A stretch of DNA of 64,000 nt from Candidatus Gottesmanbacteria bacterium UBA6580. GTDB lineage: Bacteria > Patescibacteriota > Microgenomatia > UBA10105 > UBA927. Below are positions 21,707 to 28,570 of this stretch, piece after piece. The translations under genes were made by a program, and so were the position numbers. Below the pieces are notes generated by a model. The model was not told the origin of the DNA. It made no database searches and saw nothing but the letters and a program-made list of their open reading frames with translations. The stretch is taken from the NCBI GenBank assembly GCA_002433895.1, contig DJJA01000003.1, forward strand, positions 376,881-440,880, given 5' to 3'. The number at the start of each line of letters is the position of its first letter. Position 1 is the first letter of the stretch.

Positions 21707-23065
21707 ATGTTTAAAAACCCACGGAGGGTATTTTTTTTGTTATTCATTCTCACGATGCTTCTGATCGTGATTGATTTGCCGGAAAATTACCGTCTCAAAT
21801 TTTCTGCGTTTGGTGTCACTGTTGACCGGGTGATTAATCCTCCCACTATCCGGATTTTTGGATTGGAAAAGAAGCTTACCACCTCCTTGGGGTTAGACCT
21901 CGCGGGAGGAAGCCATGTCGTTTTGGAAGCGGATATGAAGGACATTCGCCAAAGCGACCGTGTGACCGCGTTGGAATCAGCAAAAGAAGTGATAGAGCGC
22001 AGAGTGAACTTTTTCGGCGTGGCGGAGCCGGTGCTGCAGACGGCTGTCTCTGAAAATTCATACCGAATTATCGTGGAATTGCCGGGTGTAAGTGACGTGG
22101 ATCAGGCGATATCGCTTATCGGGCAGACTGCGCTTTTGGATTTCCGTGAATTTACGGACGAGAGCGAGGCGTCGCCCGGAGCTTTTGTAATTCCTACTCT
22201 TGAGACAACAACGTCAGTGGGTCTTACCGGAAAAGATTTGGCGCGGGCAAGTATGCAGTTTAGCCCCAATACAGGAGAACCGGAGATTGCTCTAGAGTTT
22301 AACAGTGAGGGAGGAAAAAAATTCGCGGATGCGACAAAGCGGTTAACCGGCAAGCCGTTAGCTATTTTCCTTGACGACATACCGCTCACCGCCCCTGTCG
22401 TGCAAGGAGTGATACCTGACGGTAAAGCAGTGATTACCGGAAGCTTTACACAGGAAGGGGCAAAAACTCTCGCGCTGCAGTTAAATGCAGGGGCGCTCCC
22501 AGTATCGGTGAAACCCGTTGAGCAGCGCACGGTGGAAGCCACGCTCGGGGCTGAATCAGTCACAAAGAGTATACGGGCAGGAGTAATCGGCCTTGGATTT
22601 GTCGCGGTATTTATGGTTGCCCAATACGGCAGGTTGGGGCTGATCGCCGACGCGGCGCTTGTTTTATATGGCTTACTCACATTTGGATTATTCCGGCTAT
22701 TTGGCGTGACATTGACGTTACCCGGTATTGCCGGATTTTTGCTTTCCATTGGTATGGCGGTTGACAGTAATATACTTATATTTGAGCGGTACAAAGAGGA
22801 GCTCAGGAGCGGGAAGCCTTGGAAAATAGCGATAGAGCATGCGTTTGGAAAAGCGTGGGATAGTATCCGGGACGCAAATTTTACGACGATTATTACCTCA
22901 CTTATCCTATTTAACCCCGGCAACTGGGCGATCCTGCCATCCAGCGGGCTTGTGCGGGGGTTTGCCGCGACTCTGCTTATCGGAGTATTTGTAAGTTTGT
23001 TTACGGGGTTGGTGGTGACGCGGACATTTATCCGTGTGTTTTATTCCGAAAAGCGAAGCGGATAG
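21707..23065 (+). CDS. secD: Protein translocase subunit SecD
   Basis: N-terminal TM, periplasmic domain GLDLAGGSHVVLEAD, C-terminal six TM helices. Confidence 0.9.
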   Translation: MFKNPRRVFFLLFILTMLLIVIDLPENYRLKFSAFGVTVDRVINPPTIRIFGLEKKLTTSLGLDLAGGSHVVLEADMKDIRQSDRVTALESAKEVIERRVNFFGVAEPVLQTAVSENSYRIIVELPGVSDVDQAISLIGQTALLDFREFTDESEASPGAFVIPTLETTTSVGLTGKDLARASMQFSPNTGEPEIALEFNSEGGKKFADATKRLTGKPLAIFLDDIPLTAPVVQGVIPDGKAVITGSFTQEGAKTLALQLNAGALPVSVKPVEQRTVEATLGAESVTKSIRAGVIGLGFVAVFMVAQYGRLGLIADAALVLYGLLTFGLFRLFGVTLTLPGIAGFLLSIGMAVDSNILIFERYKEELRSGKPWKIAIEHAFGKAWDSIRDANFTTIITSLILFNPGNWAILPSSGLVRGFAATLLIGVFVSLFTGLVVTRTFIRVFYSEKRSG

Positions 23066-23131
23066 AATCCGCACGAAGTGCGTACAAGGAGGATCAAAAA
23101 TCGTAAGATTTTATAAGGAGAAAGAAAAAGT

Positions 23132-24013
23132 ATGATACGGTTCAGTAAATTTATCTGGGTGTATGCGATTATTTCCGCGCTTGTGCTCGTACCGGGAATA
23201 TTTTCCCTTGTGCGATACGGATTCCGGCCATCCATAGATTTTTCCGGAGGTACGCTTGTGGAATACCGGACAAGTGCAAAGGTACCGGAGGCGGTTATGC
23301 GTCAGGCAGCTCTCGATGCCGGGGTCAGTCTCGTCAGTATTCAGCAGTCAGGCGGCAGCGCGTATCTTATCCGCATGAAGCCCGAGACAAATCAGAAAAT
23401 TTCACTTATGACGCAGGGCGTAGAACGTCTTGCCTCTGTAAGTGCACTTGCAGTCCGGAATGAAACAGTGGGTCCGACACTCGGAAAAGAATTGTTGTCT
23501 AAAACTTTGATCGCGGCAATTTTGGCAGCCTCAGCAATTCTAGGATATGTAGCGTACGCGTTTAAAAATATCCGGTTCGGCGTTGCCGCGGTGATTGCGC
23601 TGCTTCATGATCTTTTAGTGGTGTTGGGAAGCTTCTCGCTATTTGGGCATTTCCTAGGTGTTGAGGTAGACACCCTGTTTGTCACGGCATTTCTTACCAC
23701 CATGAGTTTTTCTGTGCATGACACGATTGTTGTATTTGACCGTATTCGCGAGTATACGAAGCGTGACCGGTCACGGCCATTTGATGAAATTGCCGATATT
23801 GCGGTTACCGAAACGATGAACCGGTCACTTACCAATTCATTTACGATTATTTTTATGTTGGTAGCATTGGTGTTGATGGGAGGAGATACAACTAAATGGT
23901 TTGTCGTAGCATTGCTTATAGGTACCGTATCCGGAACATATTCCTCACCGTTTGTGGCAACACCAGTGCTGTTGCTGTGGCATAAGCTGGAAGCGAGAAG
24001 GCGGTCACGTTAG
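23132..24013 (+). CDS. secF: Protein translocase subunit SecF
   Basis: SecF topology, conserved IDFSGGT and SVHDTIVVFDRIRE motifs. Confidence 0.9.
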   Translation: MIRFSKFIWVYAIISALVLVPGIFSLVRYGFRPSIDFSGGTLVEYRTSAKVPEAVMRQAALDAGVSLVSIQQSGGSAYLIRMKPETNQKISLMTQGVERLASVSALAVRNETVGPTLGKELLSKTLIAAILAASAILGYVAYAFKNIRFGVAAVIALLHDLLVVLGSFSLFGHFLGVEVDTLFVTAFLTTMSFSVHDTIVVFDRIREYTKRDRSRPFDEIADIAVTETMNRSLTNSFTIIFMLVALVLMGGDTTKWFVVALLIGTVSGTYSSPFVATPVLLLWHKLEARRRSR

Positions 24014-24023
24014 CCCTGGGTTT

Positions 24024-25406
24024 TTAGTGTGCAGCAAGATTTTTTAATTCTTCCATCCGCTTCAGAAGGGCATCTCTGTCGTTTTGTAATGTGCCTGCTT
24101 CGACTTCAGCAAACAACGCGTCTAGTACTTTGCCGATAATGGGGCCGGGTTTAGTGTCATAGAGTTTCATGACATCATGTCCGTTTACGTGTAAATCAGA
24201 AACGGCAAATGGTTGCAGTTGCACTTCTTCCAGCCGTTTTTTGTATAACTCCAGGCGCCACGATGTTTCGGTGGCTCCACCGCCGAGCCTGTCGCCAATC
24301 CGGAGTGCCAGGATATGGGGAAGATTTTCTTTGCCAACTCTTCGGATAAAACGCCGCAACGCGCTATCGGTTTGGCGTTCATCGACGCTGAACTGATGCC
24401 ACCGCACCAAGGTATACAGCAGATCAGATTGTTTTTTGGAGAGCCGTAGTCTCCGCCCGATGTCTTTTGCGATATGGGCACCTGCCACCTCGTGATTGTA
24501 AAACGTGATAAGCCCTGTTTTGTCCTGGCGGAATGTTTTGGGCTTTCCTAAATCATGGATAAGGGTGGCAAGCCGCACCACGGGGTCGGTAGACGGACAG
24601 AACTTCATCGCCATGACCGAGTGGGTGCCTACATCGTATATATGATGCCGTTTAGGGCTTTTTTGCGGAGTGGCAAATGAAGATTCCAGTTCCGGCAAAA
24701 TATAAAGCAGCAAACCGAGATTTTTTAAAACCAATATTGCGTCAGCGGCATGGGTGGCAGTCAGAATTTTAAAAAACTCATCGCGTATGCGCTCCGCCGA
24801 AATTTGTGTGAGAGAGGAGGCGTGCGAGGAGATCGCCTTTGCGGTTTCGTCTTCTATGGTAAAACCCAGCCGCGCGGCAAACCGGACTGCCCGGAGCATG
24901 CGGAGCGCGTCTTCGGCGAACCGTTCAGACGCAATGCCAACCGTGCGGATGCGTTTTTCGTTGAGATCTTTTTGTCCGCCATACGGGTCGATTAAGCTTT
25001 TGCCGTCAAACGCGATCGCGTTTATCGTAAAGTCGCGCCGGGCGAGGTCTTCTGTGAGTGTTTTGCCCCAGGAAATTTTATCCGGGTGGCGGTGATCCTC
25101 GTATCCTTCTTCGCTCCGGTATGTCGTGATTTCGTAAATATCTTCAAGCTCTTCATTTCCGTTTGGCGCGGTGGTATCCCCCTGTTTTCTGATTTTTATA
25201 CCGACCGTCCCAAAGAGGTTGTCATAAAAACTATCGGGGAAAAGCGCGAGAATTTCTTCTGGAGTTGCGTTTGTGGTGAAATCCCAGCCTTTGGTTTCCA
25301 TACCCAGGAGTAAATCCCGTACGGATCCTCCTACTGCATAGGCTTCAAATCCCGCTTTTTTCAGGATGTCGATCACTGTTACCGCTGATTGAGGAAGGCT
25401 GATCAT
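24024..25406 (-). CDS. cca: CCA-adding tRNA nucleotidyltransferase with HD domain
   Basis: GGSVRDLLLG class-II NTase head, HD motif IHDLGK; consistent with tRNA genes lacking encoded CCA. Confidence 0.85.
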   Translation of the reverse strand: MISLPQSAVTVIDILKKAGFEAYAVGGSVRDLLLGMETKGWDFTTNATPEEILALFPDSFYDNLFGTVGIKIRKQGDTTAPNGNEELEDIYEITTYRSEEGYEDHRHPDKISWGKTLTEDLARRDFTINAIAFDGKSLIDPYGGQKDLNEKRIRTVGIASERFAEDALRMLRAVRFAARLGFTIEDETAKAISSHASSLTQISAERIRDEFFKILTATHAADAILVLKNLGLLLYILPELESSFATPQKSPKRHHIYDVGTHSVMAMKFCPSTDPVVRLATLIHDLGKPKTFRQDKTGLITFYNHEVAGAHIAKDIGRRLRLSKKQSDLLYTLVRWHQFSVDERQTDSALRRFIRRVGKENLPHILALRIGDRLGGGATETSWRLELYKKRLEEVQLQPFAVSDLHVNGHDVMKLYDTKPGPIIGKVLDALFAEVEAGTLQNDRDALLKRMEELKNLAAH

Positions 25407-25424
25407 ACTGATATTATACCCCCA

Positions 25425-27098
25425 ATGGCTAAGAAGTGGCAGATAAGTAAACAGTTCACTCCGATCCGATCGGAGTTAACCGCGGAGCTGATCATAGAAG
25501 ATATCCTCAAAGACAGGGGAATTATCACCCCCGCGGAGCGGGCAGCTTTTTTGGCTCCCCCTGATCCTAGCTCGTTGCGGGCAAAAGACGTAGACATTGA
25601 TCCTAAAGCATTGGCAAAAGCGATAGCCCGTATTCAAAAAGCGATAAAGAATAAAGAATCAGTAGTGGTGTATGCCGATTATGATGCGGACGGCATTACT
25701 GCCGGCGCTATCATGTGGGAAACGCTGTGGCACATGGGAGCAAGGGTAATGCCCTACATCCCACACCGCGTGGACGAAGGGTATGGACTATCGGAAAAAG
25801 GAATAGATGCCGTACGCAGCCAATATGACCCCACGCTGATTATTACTGTGGATCACGGGATAACCGCAAAAGAGCAGGTGAAGTACGCCAAAAAACTTGG
25901 AATAGAAGTGATTATTACCGATCACCATGTGAAGCCCGATAAGATACCGGATTGCCAGATTGTGCATACGACACTCCTTTCCGGGAGCGGAGTTTCATGG
26001 TTTGTATCCAAAGAATTACTTGCGGCAAGTGGCAACGATGCCGGTCAACACGAGCGTGAGCTTACCGCGCTTGCGGCGGTAGGTACTATCGCTGATTTGT
26101 TGCCATTAACCGGTATTAACCGGTCTATTGTAAAGTTTGGGCTTGGGGTGCTCCGTAAGACAAATAGGATAGGATTTAACGCGCTTATTACAGAAGCGGG
26201 GATAGCAAAGGAAGCGATAGATACCTATACCGTGTCCCATATGCTCGCCCCGCGGCTTAACGCGATGGGGAGATTAGAACACGCGTTGGACGCGCTACGG
26301 CTGCTTTGTACAAAAGATCAGGTAAAGGCAGATTTACTGGCGCAAAAGTTAGGAACAACTAATAAAGAACGGCAACAGCTCACCATAGATACGGTGACGC
26401 ACGCAAAAGAATTGGTACCAAAAACACTTAAAAATATCATTGTTATATCACATGAATATTATAACCCGGGGGTCATTGGGTTGGTGGCCGGGAGATTGGT
26501 GGAGGAGTATTGGCGGCCATCAATAGTACTTGCCATAGCAGATGGTTTTGCCAAGGCATCTGCCCGCAGTATTCCCGGATTTAATATTGTTGAGGCAATC
26601 AGAAGTTGCAGCGATTTATTGGTAGATGTGGGGGGTCATCCGATGGCGGCAGGTTTTACGGTGGTTGCGGAAAAAATTCCGGCACTCACAAAGCGGCTGG
26701 AAGCGCTCGCGGAAAAAGAGATTGATGAAGAGATGCTCAAGCGTGTGCTGAAAATTGACGCGGAAATACCTTTTACTATGGCTTCGGAATCGCTCTGGCA
26801 GAAGATACAAAAACTGGAGCCGTTTGGATTTGGAAATTATGAGCCGCTCTTCGCGTCTATGGGGGTATTGGTAAGTGATGTCCGCATGATCGGAGCCACC
26901 CGGAAACATCTAAAACTAAAGGTGCATATGCCGGGGTCACAGCGGGTAGTCGATGCGGTGGCGTTTAATATGGCTGAACTTTACGGGAGTTTACAAGGGA
27001 GTGATTCCGTAAACATTGCCTACACCATCGATATGAATGAGTGGAACGGGAAGCGGAATTTGCAGTTAAAGATAAAAGATATAGCAATACCGCAATAA
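25425..27098 (+). CDS. recJ: Single-stranded-DNA-specific exonuclease RecJ
   Basis: DHH motifs (ADYDADGITA, ITVDHGI, ITDHH), DHHA1 domain, C-terminal OB fold; track ORF starts at 25389 overlapping cca, the Met at 25425 is more plausible. Confidence 0.85.
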   Translation: MAKKWQISKQFTPIRSELTAELIIEDILKDRGIITPAERAAFLAPPDPSSLRAKDVDIDPKALAKAIARIQKAIKNKESVVVYADYDADGITAGAIMWETLWHMGARVMPYIPHRVDEGYGLSEKGIDAVRSQYDPTLIITVDHGITAKEQVKYAKKLGIEVIITDHHVKPDKIPDCQIVHTTLLSGSGVSWFVSKELLAASGNDAGQHERELTALAAVGTIADLLPLTGINRSIVKFGLGVLRKTNRIGFNALITEAGIAKEAIDTYTVSHMLAPRLNAMGRLEHALDALRLLCTKDQVKADLLAQKLGTTNKERQQLTIDTVTHAKELVPKTLKNIIVISHEYYNPGVIGLVAGRLVEEYWRPSIVLAIADGFAKASARSIPGFNIVEAIRSCSDLLVDVGGHPMAAGFTVVAEKIPALTKRLEALAEKEIDEEMLKRVLKIDAEIPFTMASESLWQKIQKLEPFGFGNYEPLFASMGVLVSDVRMIGATRKHLKLKVHMPGSQRVVDAVAFNMAELYGSLQGSDSVNIAYTIDMNEWNGKRNLQLKIKDIAIPQ

Positions 27099-27323
27099 AC
27101 AAAAATCCCCACATTCTTACCAGCGCTTCATGCCGGAGAATATGGGGATTATGAATAATAGATTTTCCTCATACACGCTTGGATTGAAAAAGTGAATAAT
27201 TTAATGAATTCACTCCTTCAGAAAAAGCGTGTATAAGGACAAAATGTCGAAATTGGGTGTGAGACCAAAGAAAATACATGGTAAGCAGCAAGTTGCTTAG
27301 TGTTATTTCTTTGTGAGTCTCCT

Positions 27324-27371
27324 GCCCAAAAATAAAACTATGGAGACCTCTCCATAACGAGGTCTCCATAG
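27324..27371 (-). terminator. Intrinsic terminator (minus strand) after small Cys/His-rich ORF
   Basis: 11-bp perfect palindrome CTATGGAGACC/GGTCTCCATAG followed on the minus strand by UUUUAUUUUU. Confidence 0.6.
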
Positions 27372-27389
27372 AGAAGTTTGCCCCCACGC

Positions 27390-27659
27390 CTAATGTGGTT
27401 GTGTCCGCTGTCGACGCTTCGGTTCGTGGCGGTGTTCGTCGTGATGGCTATGGTCGGGGTGTCCTTTGGAACACCACGTGCAAGTATTTTCGCGACCCGG
27501 GGTCGGGGCAGAGCATCTACCACCTTTATGGTGTTTTTTGCTTCTACAGTTGCATGTTGCCACAGACGTTTGTGATTTGGGTGTCAACGCCTGGATGACT
27601 TGTAAAAACATTGATTGTTTTATGGTTACTGGAACTGAACCTGTTCGCCTCTTACTCAT
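27390..27659 (-). CDS. Small Cys/His-rich basic protein (89 aa), unknown function
   Basis: SD AGGAG 7 nt upstream of ATG; CxC...C...CxxC then HPDHSHHDEHRHE His-rich tail; intrinsic terminators on both sides; region is open in several frames, so coding status uncertain. Confidence 0.35.
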   Translation of the reverse strand: MSKRRTGSVPVTIKQSMFLQVIQALTPKSQTSVATCNCRSKKHHKGGRCSAPTPGRENTCTWCSKGHPDHSHHDEHRHEPKRRQRTQPH

Positions 27660-27775
27660 GATTGACTCCTCTTGCTAAATGACTTGCCCGGATAAAATGG
27701 TTGATCGTTAAATTTTTTCACTGCAGACTTCATAAGCAAACCTCTTTTTTGAATTTTTTCGGTGATGTTGTCGGA

Positions 27776-27815
27776 TAAGGAAAAAGACAGAAAAGGACAG
27801 GCTAATTTTCTGTCT
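27776..27815 (-). terminator. Intrinsic terminator (minus strand) after small ORF A
   Basis: AGACAGAAAA/TTTTCTGTCT 10-bp stem, 11-nt loop, U5 tail on the minus strand. Confidence 0.5.
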
Positions 27816-27865
27816 TTATCATTGTCCAAGAACTAACTCTCAAAATTGTTAAGGTGCCAAATACT

Positions 27866-28045
27866 TTACTCTTGTCCCTGTGCCGTTTGTGTGCCAGCAG
27901 CGTTGGCGCTCCCTGTGTCGGGTGCCATAGGAAATATGACCGTCACGGACTGCGCCTCGTTGGTGACGGATGCGATCATCCATGCCACCGGAGGCCGTTT
28001 CTCGGGTACTATTTCTGCCGCTAATTGTTTGTCCGTTTCGTTCAT
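27866..28045 (-). CDS. Small hypothetical protein (59 aa) with strong SD
   Basis: AAGGAG-N6-ATG ribosome binding site; MNETDKQLAAEIVPEKRPPVAWMIASV...; flanked by terminators; a Cys-rich plus-strand ORF overlaps and is the alternative. Confidence 0.35.
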   Translation of the reverse strand: MNETDKQLAAEIVPEKRPPVAWMIASVTNEAQSVTVIFPMAPDTGSANAAGTQTAQGQE

Positions 28046-28164
28046 GTATCTCCTTTGTGCTATCGCCATGTCTTGCTGTCCGCCTAATTCTGAGGCTCAC
28101 AGAACGACTATTGGCGGATTGATGGTTAGTACATTCGCTCGTCTGAACTCGTTTATTTTCTAAC

Positions 28165-28190
28165 CATCAAAAAACCCCTCTTTTGGAGGG
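28165..28190 (-). terminator. Intrinsic terminator / attenuator within the minus-strand leader
   Basis: CCCCUC-CAAAA-GAGGGG hairpin followed by UUUUUU on the minus strand, about 115 nt downstream of a consensus promoter and upstream of small ORF A. Confidence 0.55.
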
Positions 28191-28312
28191 GTTCGTGTGT
28201 TTGGTTTTAAAAAGTTTTTTAAGCTGCCATCACACGACCCCCCCGACATTTCGGAGGTTAATAAGGGTCATAAAGTGTGATTGCTGCCAAGATTTCATAG
28301 TCACAGTCAATT

Positions 28313-28341
28313 ATTATAAATAGACAACTTATCTCTTGTCA
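28313..28341 (-). promoter_or_regulatory. Consensus sigma70 promoter firing leftward (TTGACA-17-TATAAT)
   Basis: Reverse complement reads TTGACAagagataagttgtctatTTATAAT; -35 hexamer overlaps the -35 of the divergent aspS promoter. Confidence 0.5.
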
Positions 28342-28363
28342 ACCGGTAATCGGGCAAATATAA
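28335..28363 (+). promoter_or_regulatory. Sigma70 promoter for the T-box leader and aspS (TTGTCA-17-TATAAT)
   Basis: TTGTCAaccggtaatcgggcaaaTATAAT, perfect -10, 17-nt spacer. Confidence 0.55.
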
Positions 28364-28369
28364 TAAGAA

Positions 28370-28556
28370 ATGAAGTACGCGATGATGGCCTGACAAGCCG
28401 GAGTGGCCCGGGGTAACAACCGGAACGGGTATGCCCGTAATAGCTCTAATAAGATCCGCCTACGCAAAAGCTACGGCGAGATGAAATAAGGTGGTACCGC
28501 GAATTACCCGTTCGCCCTTATACTATTACTAGTAAGGAGAACGGGTTTGTTGTGTC
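28370..28556 (+). promoter_or_regulatory. T-box riboswitch leader, putative Asp specifier (GAC)
   Basis: T-box consensus AAUAAGGUGGUACCGCG at 28485-28502; terminator ACCCGUUC...GAACGGGU + UUUGUUGUGU; candidate specifier loop CCUGACAAG; directly upstream of aspS. Confidence 0.6.
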
Positions 28557-28570
28557 ATAATGATAGATAT

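Noticed and set aside
22102-22923. 273-aa minus-strand ORF inside secD, and similar long antisense ORFs (11905..12489, 7158..7634, 29375..29785, 61470..61820)
   Set aside because: They lie entirely antisense to well-supported genes, have low-complexity S/T/A-rich translations and no RBS. These are typical shadow ORFs.
27380-27680. Possible tmRNA/SRP/6S RNA in a GC-rich segment that is open in several frames
   Set aside because: No tRNA-like 3' end (GGUUCGAnUCC...CCA), no tag-peptide reading frame ending in AA-stop, and no SRP domain-IV GGAA/AGCAGCC motif. A good SD precedes the 89-aa frame, so it is kept as a low-confidence CDS instead.
27846-28163. 105-aa Cys-rich plus-strand ORF (MLRCQILYSCPCAVC...)
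   Set aside because: The track start is TTG and the first ATG has only a weak AGGA. It overlaps the opposite-strand 59-aa ORF, which has a perfect AAGGAG-N6-ATG, and sits between terminators whose U-tracts are better on the minus strand. Kept only as the alternative reading.
28547-28570. Track start of aspS at TTG 28547 (MLCHNDRYM...)
   Set aside because: It lies inside the T-box terminator U-tract. The ATG at 28571 (MRTLASQ...) gives an N-terminus matching AspRS anticodon-domain starts.
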